A stretch of DNA of 64,000 nucleotides from Candidatus Woesearchaeota archaeon (GTDB taxonomy: Archaea > Nanobdellota > Nanobdellia > Woesearchaeales > JACJVV01): assembly GCA_047602755.1 (NCBI GenBank), contig JBLKOM010000004.1:27305-91304 (forward strand), written 5' to 3'. The notes below the pieces were generated by a model. The model was not told the origin of the DNA. It made no database searches and worked only from the letters and a program-made list of their open reading frames with translations. This document shows, piece after piece, positions 39,002 through 47,979 of the stretch. Each line of letters opens with the position of its first letter. Position 1 is the stretch's first letter. The position numbers were made by a program, and so were the translations under genes.

Positions 39002-39331
39002 ATGTCTGAAATAGAATTAAACAATGAAAATTTTGATCAAGAAATCAATAAAGATGTTCCAATAATTGTAGATTTTTGGGCATCATGGTGTGGTCCATGT
39101 CAAATGTTAGGTCCAGTTTTTGAAGAATTAAGCAAAGAATATGATGCAACAAAATTAAGATTTGCAAAATGTTCAACAGAAACAAGTCCAGAACCACCTT
39201 CAAAATATGGTGTAACCGGAATTCCTTGTTTGATATTGTTCAAAAACGGCAAAGAAGTTGATAGAATCGTAGGTTTCATGCCAAAAGACGCATTAAAAGC
39301 AAAAATTGATGAAATATTAAGCAAAGCTTAA
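39002..39331 (+). CDS. trxA: thioredoxin
   Basis: 109 aa with the WCGPC active site and the GIPCLILFKNGKEV block. A GGAGGT Shine-Dalgarno sequence lies upstream. Confidence 0.9.
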   Translation: MSEIELNNENFDQEINKDVPIIVDFWASWCGPCQMLGPVFEELSKEYDATKLRFAKCSTETSPEPPSKYGVTGIPCLILFKNGKEVDRIVGFMPKDALKAKIDEILSKA

Positions 39332-39359
39332 TTTTTTATTTTTTTATATATTAATTTTT

Positions 39360-40850
39360 TTATATAATCAATTTTATACCTCTTATTGATACACGACAAT
39401 CTGAATCACCTTTAATTCCTAACCTTGTATGAAGTAATCCAGATGTTTTGATAGTACCGGGAAAAAATGTAACTGGCCATATTTGTGTATCCCAATCAGA
39501 ATATCCACTACAACTTTCATCCTCACCTGAACCACATTGCTCAACTTGAGGTAAAACTTGACCTAAGCAAGAACTCCAACTACTATCTGACTGACAAGTA
39601 TAAGTACCATTTATACAAATTCCTGTCCCTACTAAATCCTTATTCCCAGTATAACAAGGTGCAGTTTGACCTTGTGAATAAGTTAAACCATCATAATCAT
39701 TAAAACATTGAGCAATACAATTGTATGTCCCAGGTTGCCTTATATAACCTTCTCTACAACCCCACCGACAAGAATTAGTAACTTTATCATTACTATCTAC
39801 ATAAACCCATGCTTGATTAAGATTTGAAGGAGACCCAAAATTAATCCAACGAGAAGATGATGATGTTGGACCATCACTAGCACAGAAATTAGCAACACAA
39901 TCATTACCTACTCTTGTATATCCTGGCAAACAACCCCATCGACAATCTCCCTCTGGTTCTTGACTAGAACTTGGTTGCCATGATTGATCTATAGAAGTAG
40001 GAGAACCTTCATTAATCCATTTACCTGTCTGACTAGCAGGCCAAGATGAACTACATTTCCAGCAAGCACTTCCTGACACAGTTGAACCTGGTGCATTATC
40101 AATAATACCATCACAATCATTATCCCACCCATCACAAACTTCATCAGTTGCATAACACTCTACCTGAACAAAATTATAATTTATTACAGGCCAATGATGG
40201 TTATGAGAATCAGAAGCATAACCTATATGATGACCTAAAATTATATGAGGATTCTGAGTCGGTTGATTACAGCCTGTATATGTATTCTCAGATACAGAAA
40301 ACCAATCAGGACCAGCATGATTCATTCTATAAGATTGATTAAAAATTTCAAGATTATAACCATACCAATTCATATTATTCTGACCAAGACCTCTTTGATT
40401 AAATTGATTAGCCCATAAACCACCTGGATAAACTTGAATAAACAATTGATTATTAATACCAACATCTTGCCAAACTAATCCAACTAATTCACCACAAGGA
40501 CCATGAAAAACAAATCCAGCACCATTACCTCTAACATCAGAATATTGCATTGATACAGTAGCTTTAAGTCTATTTGACATTGGTAAAGGATTTACATTAT
40601 GCAATCTAGGAAACTTTTTTCCATAAGGTGCAGTTAATTCAACTACATCATAAGAATCATGTACAACAATACTGCCCTCACGAGGATCACTAACCCAATT
40701 ATTTAAGTCAAGAACTGGTGATGTAAAATCATCATAAAAAACAGTAACCCATCCTGCAGAAACATAAATTATACTTAATAATAAAATAAGAAAACTAATA
40801 ATAACAAACCTTTTTTTTATATAAATAAACCTATTTTTCATTTTAAACAT
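39360..40850 (-). CDS. secreted Cys-rich protein: ConA/LamG-like N-domain, MopE-like CDGxDNDCDG motif, duplicated CRWGC-containing modules
   Basis: 496 aa with a signal anchor. The DEVCDGWDNDCDGIIDN motif is present. Two related modules follow: KWINEGSPTSIDQSW...CRWGCLPGYTR and RWINFGSPSNLNQAW...CRWGCREGYIR. Further Cys-rich tail repeats occur. Confidence 0.65.
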   Translation of the reverse strand: MFKMKNRFIYIKKRFVIISFLILLLSIIYVSAGWVTVFYDDFTSPVLDLNNWVSDPREGSIVVHDSYDVVELTAPYGKKFPRLHNVNPLPMSNRLKATVSMQYSDVRGNGAGFVFHGPCGELVGLVWQDVGINNQLFIQVYPGGLWANQFNQRGLGQNNMNWYGYNLEIFNQSYRMNHAGPDWFSVSENTYTGCNQPTQNPHIILGHHIGYASDSHNHHWPVINYNFVQVECYATDEVCDGWDNDCDGIIDNAPGSTVSGSACWKCSSSWPASQTGKWINEGSPTSIDQSWQPSSSQEPEGDCRWGCLPGYTRVGNDCVANFCASDGPTSSSSRWINFGSPSNLNQAWVYVDSNDKVTNSCRWGCREGYIRQPGTYNCIAQCFNDYDGLTYSQGQTAPCYTGNKDLVGTGICINGTYTCQSDSSWSSCLGQVLPQVEQCGSGEDESCSGYSDWDTQIWPVTFFPGTIKTSGLLHTRLGIKGDSDCRVSIRGIKLII

Positions 40851-40860
40851 TTAATGATTC

Positions 40861-41316
40861 TCAAATCTTATCATCCTTTAATGTAAATGCACCTAATGCT
40901 AACATTAAACCAGCAAATGCATAAAAACCATATATAATTTCATCAGGGATTGCAGGTAACGTAAAAGTAATTGCACCAAAATTATAAAGTGCAGGAACAG
41001 TAGTAATAACAATCAAAATAATGCCAGCAAATATTGAAACAAGACCAACTGCGCCTTCTTCACCTTTAAATCCTTCTATAATTAATTCCCTCCCAGCAAA
41101 AATTGCAATTATTAAAACCAAATACTGAAATATTGGAATAGTATATGTATTAAAATTAACTAAACCAAGCCCATGTAAGAATGGAATTACACCTAAAGCA
41201 AGTAATATCAGACCATTAGCAAAATACTTCCATATCTTTGGAAGCATTAATGTCATTGTAAATACTAAAACTGCAATTACAGCAGTTACATTCATTATAA
41301 AAGCTTCATCTATCAT
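40861..41316 (-). CDS. hypothetical membrane protein (about 5 TM)
   Basis: 151 aa and hydrophobic. Confidence 0.45.
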   Translation of the reverse strand: MIDEAFIMNVTAVIAVLVFTMTLMLPKIWKYFANGLILLALGVIPFLHGLGLVNFNTYTIPIFQYLVLIIAIFAGRELIIEGFKGEEGAVGLVSIFAGIILIVITTVPALYNFGAITFTLPAIPDEIIYGFYAFAGLMLALGAFTLKDDKI

Positions 41317-41435
41317 TTATAATATATAAAAAATCGCTATTTATATACTTTGTTCCTAAATAACACTAAAAATATTAAACCAACAACTAACTTAATAACA
41401 GACAGATTTAAAAAAGAAATAATAATCTTCTCATT

Positions 41436-42131
41436 ATGGATTTAGCAGAAAAATTAGAGCAAGAATTTGACTTGTTTAGAAGCAGAAATAGATTAATTTC
41501 AATGACATCTAATTTTATTCCTTTTCCAACAGAAGATTTTCAAAAAATGCTAGATGAGCTTCTAATTAAAGGAATAATAAATCAACAACAAAATTTTGTA
41601 GAATTAGGACATGGGATTGGACTAAATCTTGTGATTGCATCTAACTACTTTAGAAATGTTTATGGAATTGAATTAAATAGCCATCTTGAAAAAACAACAA
41701 CACAAATAATAAAAAAATATGGTAATAAAAACAGCAATATACAACATGTATCAGGAAATTATATTACAGAAGAATTCAGACAATTACATGAAGAGAAAAA
41801 AACTCTAACATCAACACTTTGGGAAGAAGACATAACCTATCGTGCATTACAAAAACTTCATAAAGATTATACTATGCATGGTGAAGACGGATTTAAATTA
41901 TTAGATATGCCTATGAATGAATTTGATGTATTTTATGCATTTACATGGGGTGTTGAATTACCTTCAATAATTGAAAGTATTGCATTGTTTGGCAAACACG
42001 GAAGTATTTTGTTAAATGCAACAGCAAGTAAATTTCAAGATTTAGATGAGTTCAATCAAAAGCTTGATGTTATGAGAATTGCAACAATTAATTTAAGCAG
42101 ATACAATATTGATGTATACAGAAAATCTTAA
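41436..42131 (+). CDS. putative class I SAM-dependent methyltransferase-like protein
   Basis: 231 aa. VELGHGIGLNLVIASNYFRNVYGIELN resembles motif I plus the acidic post-I residue. Confidence 0.4.
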   Translation: MDLAEKLEQEFDLFRSRNRLISMTSNFIPFPTEDFQKMLDELLIKGIINQQQNFVELGHGIGLNLVIASNYFRNVYGIELNSHLEKTTTQIIKKYGNKNSNIQHVSGNYITEEFRQLHEEKKTLTSTLWEEDITYRALQKLHKDYTMHGEDGFKLLDMPMNEFDVFYAFTWGVELPSIIESIALFGKHGSILLNATASKFQDLDEFNQKLDVMRIATINLSRYNIDVYRKS

Positions 42132-42146
42132 AACGATAATCTAAAA

Positions 42147-42821
42147 TTATATTTTCTTGTAAATAAACATTCCTTCATAATTATCTAACAAAATAATATC
42201 ATTAGGTATAACAAAACTATCATCTTTTGTTTGAACAAATATTAACAATGCATTTTGTTTTGCAAATTCTGAAAATAAATTTAGAATATTTTGTCTTCTT
42301 TCAACCTGATAATGATACCATAAATCTGCAAAAAAATTATAGCTTGTATGTTTTACTTTTATTTTTTCTAAATCAACTCTAAAATCATCCTCATTAGAAT
42401 TATTCAACATTTTTTCAATCTTAAATTTTAAAGGAAAAAAATTTTCATTCCTTAATTGTATTTTTGATACATCATAACCTTTCTCTTTCGCAAGTGCAAT
42501 ATTCTTAATACTCCCTTTAATGCAACCTTTAGAAAATTCAATTCCAATTGCTTTCCATCCCTGATTAGAAGCATATATCAAAATGTTACCTACACCTGAA
42601 CCTAAATCTAAAAATTCTCCTTTAGGTAATACATCAAAAAAAGTTCTAAGCAAAGCCATATGTGTAAATAAAGTAGTAGAATGTGTTGTTCCATACTGAC
42701 CAAAAGCAATTCCTTTTTCATCATAATAAATAGAATCAAAATCTTGAGAAGTAGATACATCTATTTTGTATTTTACATAAATATTTGATTTCATTAATTC
42801 ATTTATTTTTGTAAATTTCAT
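42147..42821 (-). CDS. class I SAM-dependent methyltransferase (motif I resembles Dot1-type DLGSGVG)
   Basis: 224 aa. FLDLGSGVGNILIYASNQGWKAIGIEFS contains a clear Rossmann SAM-binding motif I followed by GIE. Confidence 0.6.
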   Translation of the reverse strand: MKFTKINELMKSNIYVKYKIDVSTSQDFDSIYYDEKGIAFGQYGTTHSTTLFTHMALLRTFFDVLPKGEFLDLGSGVGNILIYASNQGWKAIGIEFSKGCIKGSIKNIALAKEKGYDVSKIQLRNENFFPLKFKIEKMLNNSNEDDFRVDLEKIKVKHTSYNFFADLWYHYQVERRQNILNLFSEFAKQNALLIFVQTKDDSFVIPNDIILLDNYEGMFIYKKI

Positions 42822-42857
42822 AATATATTACTAAAAGAAATCAAAATATATAAATTA

Positions 42858-43265
42858 TTATAAAAGAACTGGCTCAGGAACATATGGTTTCAATAAATTT
42901 TTCTCAATTAATCTCTTAAACTCTTTCAAATCATTCTTCGGATAAAAATCAGCTTGAACTTCTTGAGCAGTTTGAGCATAATTAAAAGAAGACATTAAAA
43001 TTAAATTACCTTGATAACCTTGAGCTCTCATTTGTGCAAAAACATCACCTGCATGCCTAGGTTTAATTAAATGATTAGCAATAACTAAATCAAATTCTTG
43101 TCTAGTCATATGCTCAAGTAAAGAATCACTATTATCTGCAACAGATATATTAACAGCTTCACCAGCTTCATCTGAATACAAATCAATAAACTTACCTAAC
43201 ATATTTACAAATATTTCACGATAATCAACTAATAATACTTCTTTCATATAAATTAGAGCTAGCAA
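42858..43265 (-). CDS. stand-alone receiver-like (CheY-fold) domain with non-canonical acceptor site
   Basis: 135 aa. The beta1 strand is VLLVDY (not DD). The beta3 strand is FDLVIANHL, with Asn where the phospho-acceptor Asp is expected. The beta4 strand is LILMSS, and FYPKN supplies the conserved Lys. This assignment rests on pattern only. Confidence 0.35.
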   Translation of the reverse strand: MLALIYMKEVLLVDYREIFVNMLGKFIDLYSDEAGEAVNISVADNSDSLLEHMTRQEFDLVIANHLIKPRHAGDVFAQMRAQGYQGNLILMSSFNYAQTAQEVQADFYPKNDLKEFKRLIEKNLLKPYVPEPVLL

Positions 43266-43299
43266 ACTTTTTATAAATATATCGGTTTATTTAATAACA

Positions 43300-43956
43300 A
43301 TGGTTAAAAAAGCAAGTATAAAAAATAATACTAAAAGTAATGATGATAGCATACATGTAACAGATGAGAAAATAAATTCAATTACACATCTTTTTGCATT
43401 AATAATTTTTGTTCCACTATCAGTTCTATTAATAATAGAATCAAATAATGCTTGGGAATATGTTGGATATAGTATATATGCAACAGGAGTAATAATGCTT
43501 TTTTTGTTTAGCACATTACATCATTCCATAAAAAACAAAACATTACAAATTCTAGATTATTGTAGTGTATTCTTACTTATTGCAGGAACATTTACAGCGT
43601 TCGCTTTTATGCTTAGAACTCCAACTGCTTTTGTAATATTTGGAACTGTTTGGTTATTTAGCATAATAGGCATTACACTTAAATTATTAATTAAAATATC
43701 AAAATATTTCACAAATACAATGTATATTACATTAGGCTGGCTTGCAGTCTTTCTTGCAATCCCTTTATATGAAATAGTTAATTTAACTTCTGTTATATTA
43801 CTTGGATTAGGAGGAATAGTTTATTCAATTGGATTTACAGTTTATTGTTTAGAAAAACCAAATTTAATTAAAGGAAAATTTGGATTTCATGAAATATGGC
43901 ATATTCTAGTAATAATTGCAGCATTCCTCCATTGGTTAGCACTATATCTTGCATAA
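43300..43956 (+). CDS. hemolysin III / PAQR family membrane protein
   Basis: 218 aa and 7 TM. The conserved SxxxH (STLHHS) and C-terminal HEIWHILV motifs are present. Confidence 0.8.
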   Translation: MVKKASIKNNTKSNDDSIHVTDEKINSITHLFALIIFVPLSVLLIIESNNAWEYVGYSIYATGVIMLFLFSTLHHSIKNKTLQILDYCSVFLLIAGTFTAFAFMLRTPTAFVIFGTVWLFSIIGITLKLLIKISKYFTNTMYITLGWLAVFLAIPLYEIVNLTSVILLGLGGIVYSIGFTVYCLEKPNLIKGKFGFHEIWHILVIIAAFLHWLALYLA

Positions 43957-43962
43957 AATTAC

Positions 43963-44475
43963 TTATAACCTAATCCCTAAAGAAGCAACTATAGCTGCAG
44001 AATTTGTCATTGTAAATTCTTCTCTAAGAACTACCAAATAATTTTCATCATCTTTTTGATATAAAATTGAACCACCTGCTTTTCTTAAAGCTTCTATAAA
44101 TCCCATTCTTAGATCTGCAAAATTTTGGAATGTATCTGTATATGCTGTTGCTCTACCAAGCGATACTTCTCCTCCATCAGCTTTTTGCATATAAACATAA
44201 GCATCAAAATGTGCTTTTATTCCACTATCATATGATGCACTCATTTCAATTCTAAAATCTAATTCATGGGGTGAAATATATTGTTTAGATCTATAAAAAG
44301 AAATCATTTTATCACGTAAAATCAAAACAAACTCACCTAAAAACGTTTCATAATCCTGAATTTTTAATTTTTCTTTTTGACTTCGTCGCAAATAAGCATC
44401 AGCTATATCAACAATACTTATCTCATAATAATTATCATCTAATTTATCATCTAATGCCATAAACTTAAGATTCAA
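43963..44475 (-). CDS. hypothetical protein
   Basis: 170-aa ORF with balanced composition. I recognise no family. Confidence 0.4.
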   Translation of the reverse strand: MNLKFMALDDKLDDNYYEISIVDIADAYLRRSQKEKLKIQDYETFLGEFVLILRDKMISFYRSKQYISPHELDFRIEMSASYDSGIKAHFDAYVYMQKADGGEVSLGRATAYTDTFQNFADLRMGFIEALRKAGGSILYQKDDENYLVVLREEFTMTNSAAIVASLGIRL

Positions 44476-44589
44476 ATGTGATTTATAATGTTAATTATCT
44501 TTAAATATACTATATAATCATTTAACAACAAAAAAGTATCAACTAAATAAAACCAAAAAAAATAAAAAACATTAATTTCTAAAAGTTTT

Positions 44590-45852
44590 ATGCGAAAAAT
44601 TATTTTAACTTTTTTAGTAAATATTATTTTTATTTTAGTTCTAGCAGGATGTACAACTTTAATTAACGAACAAACAAATAATTTCTACACTGAAATAATC
44701 AATGAAGATAATTATAATGAATTAATTGAAAGAATGAAAGATAAAGATTTAGTTTTACTTGGTGAATCAACCCATGGAACACAAGAATATTATGAAATAA
44801 GAAGTTTAATTTCAAAAAAACTAATTGAAGAACATGATTTTAGGTTTATTGCAGTAGAAGGTGATTGGAAACCAATCTACAAAATCAATCTTTATGTTAA
44901 AGGACTAAGTGAATATGAAAATGCAAATGAAATATTAAAAACATTTGATAGATGGCCTGAATGGATGTGGGCAAATAAAGTTATAGAAGAACTTGCTGAA
45001 TGGTTAAAAGAATACAATCAAAATCTTTCAGAACATGAACAAGTAGGAATTTATGGGTTTGATGTATATGGTGCAGGAAAATCATTAATAACAGTACAAG
45101 AAATGTCTAATCTAGAATATAATTGTATGTCACAATTTTTAACAGATTTTACAGAATATGCAAGATCACTTGCTTCTAATAATGATACATGTGAAAGTGA
45201 AGTTATAGAAATATATGAATCAATAATTCAAGATGAAAATATAAAAGAAAGACTTAATGACAAAGAATATTTTTATTTAAAACAAAATGCATTAATAGTA
45301 AAGAATGCAGAAAGACATTATAGAGCAATGGTTTATCCATGGCTATCATCATGGAACGAAAGGGTATTTCATATGAATCAAACAATTACCTATCTAATAA
45401 ATGAAAAACAAGGCAAAGGAATCCTGTGGGCACACAATACTCATGTAGGAGATTCAAGAGCAACAAGTATGATTGATTCAGGAAGTGTAAATATGGGTCA
45501 ATTGTTAAGAGAAACTGAAAAAGATATATTTATTTTAGGATTTGGTACATACACAGGAAAAGTTTTAGCAGGAAGACAATGGGGAGATAATATGCAAATA
45601 TTGAACATTCCTAACGCTGGTTCACCAAGTTATGAAGCTATAATGAACAATCACGGAATTAATAAAGGAATTATTTTCATGAATAATGAAGATTTGCCAC
45701 AAGATATAATAGACATTAACTACAACAGAGCAATTGGAGTTGTATACAATCCAGAGCATGAGTTTCCTGGAAATTATGTAAGAACAAATATCACAGCAAG
45801 ATATGATGCATTTATTTTTATCAATCAGACAAATGAACTTCAAGTAATATAG
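44590..45852 (+). CDS. erythromycin esterase family protein, lipoprotein-like signal
   Basis: 420 aa with a signal ending LVLAGC. LVLLGESTHGTQEYYEIRSLISKKLIEEHDFRFIAVEGDW and WAHNTHVGD match conserved erythromycin esterase (Ere/ChaN-like) blocks. Confidence 0.75.
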   Translation: MRKIILTFLVNIIFILVLAGCTTLINEQTNNFYTEIINEDNYNELIERMKDKDLVLLGESTHGTQEYYEIRSLISKKLIEEHDFRFIAVEGDWKPIYKINLYVKGLSEYENANEILKTFDRWPEWMWANKVIEELAEWLKEYNQNLSEHEQVGIYGFDVYGAGKSLITVQEMSNLEYNCMSQFLTDFTEYARSLASNNDTCESEVIEIYESIIQDENIKERLNDKEYFYLKQNALIVKNAERHYRAMVYPWLSSWNERVFHMNQTITYLINEKQGKGILWAHNTHVGDSRATSMIDSGSVNMGQLLRETEKDIFILGFGTYTGKVLAGRQWGDNMQILNIPNAGSPSYEAIMNNHGINKGIIFMNNEDLPQDIIDINYNRAIGVVYNPEHEFPGNYVRTNITARYDAFIFINQTNELQVI

Positions 45853-45893
45853 AATTCAAAAAGATTAAAAACCAATAATTATTCTCATTTTTT

Positions 45894-46286
45894 ATGCATT
45901 TATACGATCCAAACAAAGAAACTTTACAAGAAAGTCTTCAAAGACAACCTAATCATCGTCTTGAAGAAATAATAAAAGTTTACGGACCAAGTACAAGATT
46001 CAGAGAAAAATCAAGCAATAAAATGATAGGGATAGGAACATTTGTTACATTACCTTTAATCTATGCAGTCTTTAACGACCCTTCTGAAAACTTTGAAGTA
46101 ACTAAATTTATTCTAAAAAGTCCCATAACACAACTTGGATTATTTACATTAATAGCAGGTTATGTAATAAAAATGTATAATAAAACACTAAAGAAAAACG
46201 AATCTGAAATATATCACAATGCATGTGACATATTAATAAAAAGGGATATGCAATCATATGAAAGAGCAATTTCTTACAATTCATAA
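45894..46286 (+). CDS. hypothetical protein with two TM segments
   Basis: 130-aa ORF. Confidence 0.35.
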   Translation: MHLYDPNKETLQESLQRQPNHRLEEIIKVYGPSTRFREKSSNKMIGIGTFVTLPLIYAVFNDPSENFEVTKFILKSPITQLGLFTLIAGYVIKMYNKTLKKNESEIYHNACDILIKRDMQSYERAISYNS

Positions 46287-47381
46287 TTAATTTCTTACAA
46301 TCCAACCAAAATCATTCTCAACAAAATCAGTTACATTCGCAGGCATTTTAGGCATGCGTACTAAATCATCTAAATCATATTCAATTATTTTTCCATCTCT
46401 TATTACATCAAATCTTTCAGGTAAAAAACCACTCCATGTACCTTCATAACCAAAAAAAGGATTAGAGCGAGCAATTTCTAAATGATCACTACCACCATTA
46501 ATCAAAAGAGCACTAGTTGTAGCAGGTTGATCTAACTCATCAACCAACTTATCAAATAATGTAGTAGCTCTAACTTCTTTATCAAAAGTTTCCTCTGGTT
46601 TTATAACTTCACTAGTAGGTATATCATCTAATGATAAAAATGTATCAGTCTCAACATCAGTAGATGAAAGCGTAGGTTTAACAAAATCAGGTTGTCTTAC
46701 TTGTTTAGTTTCTGGTAAAATTAAATTTTCAGGAGTATAAATAGTAGTAGCATTATCCAAATTTACATCAGCAACATACTTTAATGATGGTAAGCTCTCA
46801 GTATTATCCATATACTTATCATATAAAGCTTTTATTCCTGTAGCAGCTAATACAACAGATGCAGCAACTGCAGAAGCTGTAGCAAATCCTTTAAAAAAAT
46901 TTTTCCAAGAAACCTTATCATTCGACGTAGTAATTGGTACTGGATCAGAGTTATATATTTGAAAATCTCTAGGATAATTATCTAATTTTTCTTCTAAATC
47001 TTCAATTTGTAAATGAAGTTTTGTATATGAATATCTAATATTAACAGAAGTCTTAGCATTACTAGAGTATTCTCCTGAATCATCTATTGCAAAATTATTA
47101 AGTAAAGATTCTTTGGAATTCATCTCATTAAAAACAGATCTAATTCCTTCATAAAGAAAACATAAATCATTCCTACTACCATCATAAGAATAATTCAACA
47201 TATCAACAAGATATGATAAATGTTCTAATCTTGTTTCCCAACGAAGACCACCAGGACCCTTAAGACCATTAGAACCTTTAGCAATATTAACAGCATCATC
47301 TAAAACTTTTCTATAATTATCATCTTTAATGTTTTCCTTAAATTGTAATGCTGCTGCATAAGCCATAAAGAGATAAATCAA
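46287..47381 (-). CDS. hypothetical single-pass membrane protein
   Basis: 364 aa. It has a helical N-domain, a central TM (ATASAVAASVVLAATGIKAL) and an acidic C-domain. I recognise no family. Confidence 0.45.
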   Translation of the reverse strand: MIYLFMAYAAALQFKENIKDDNYRKVLDDAVNIAKGSNGLKGPGGLRWETRLEHLSYLVDMLNYSYDGSRNDLCFLYEGIRSVFNEMNSKESLLNNFAIDDSGEYSSNAKTSVNIRYSYTKLHLQIEDLEEKLDNYPRDFQIYNSDPVPITTSNDKVSWKNFFKGFATASAVAASVVLAATGIKALYDKYMDNTESLPSLKYVADVNLDNATTIYTPENLILPETKQVRQPDFVKPTLSSTDVETDTFLSLDDIPTSEVIKPEETFDKEVRATTLFDKLVDELDQPATTSALLINGGSDHLEIARSNPFFGYEGTWSGFLPERFDVIRDGKIIEYDLDDLVRMPKMPANVTDFVENDFGWIVRN

Positions 47382-47424
47382 AGAAATTTTATAAACGTTA
47401 TTATTATTAAGTAACTATATCAAA

Positions 47425-47979
47425 TTATATACCATAATTCCAATCTCTATGATGTTTATGTTTTATATTAAAATCAACCAATCTTAAATGAAAATCATTC
47501 CATAAATTTGTAAGATAATCAAGATCAGCATTATCTTGTGTTACTTTTGGAACATCTATATGGATAACATGAAGAAATATTCCTGAATAATATTCGCCTT
47601 TCATAGGACCACTTCTATGAACATCACCTTTACCTTCTAAACTTTTTTCCAAGAAATTATTAAATCGAAGAAAAAGAGGATGTGCAGTATATGAATGAGC
47701 ATGAATTAAAGCATGAGGATTTCCTTGTAAACCATTTACTGGACTATAATTTGTTTCATTATGTTCCTGTGGTATTCCTGAACAACTAAAAACTGTAAAA
47801 GAAAAAGGAATATCATCCCAGGCATTTAACACAGGTAGTAATTTTAAATCAAGTGTATAACGTGAAGGACTATCATGTAATACTCTAGCAGCAGCATGTG
47901 TAAGAATTTCTTTTCTTGCATAATCTTTTCTTCGTTGGAATTCATCCCAAGATACTCTACTTGCAAGATTATTATTCAT
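47425..47979 (-). CDS. hypothetical His-rich protein
   Basis: 184 aa. It overlaps the FKBP gene stop by 8 nt. I recognise no family. Confidence 0.45.
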   Translation of the reverse strand: MNNNLASRVSWDEFQRRKDYARKEILTHAAARVLHDSPSRYTLDLKLLPVLNAWDDIPFSFTVFSCSGIPQEHNETNYSPVNGLQGNPHALIHAHSYTAHPLFLRFNNFLEKSLEGKGDVHRSGPMKGEYYSGIFLHVIHIDVPKVTQDNADLDYLTNLWNDFHLRLVDFNIKHKHHRDWNYGI

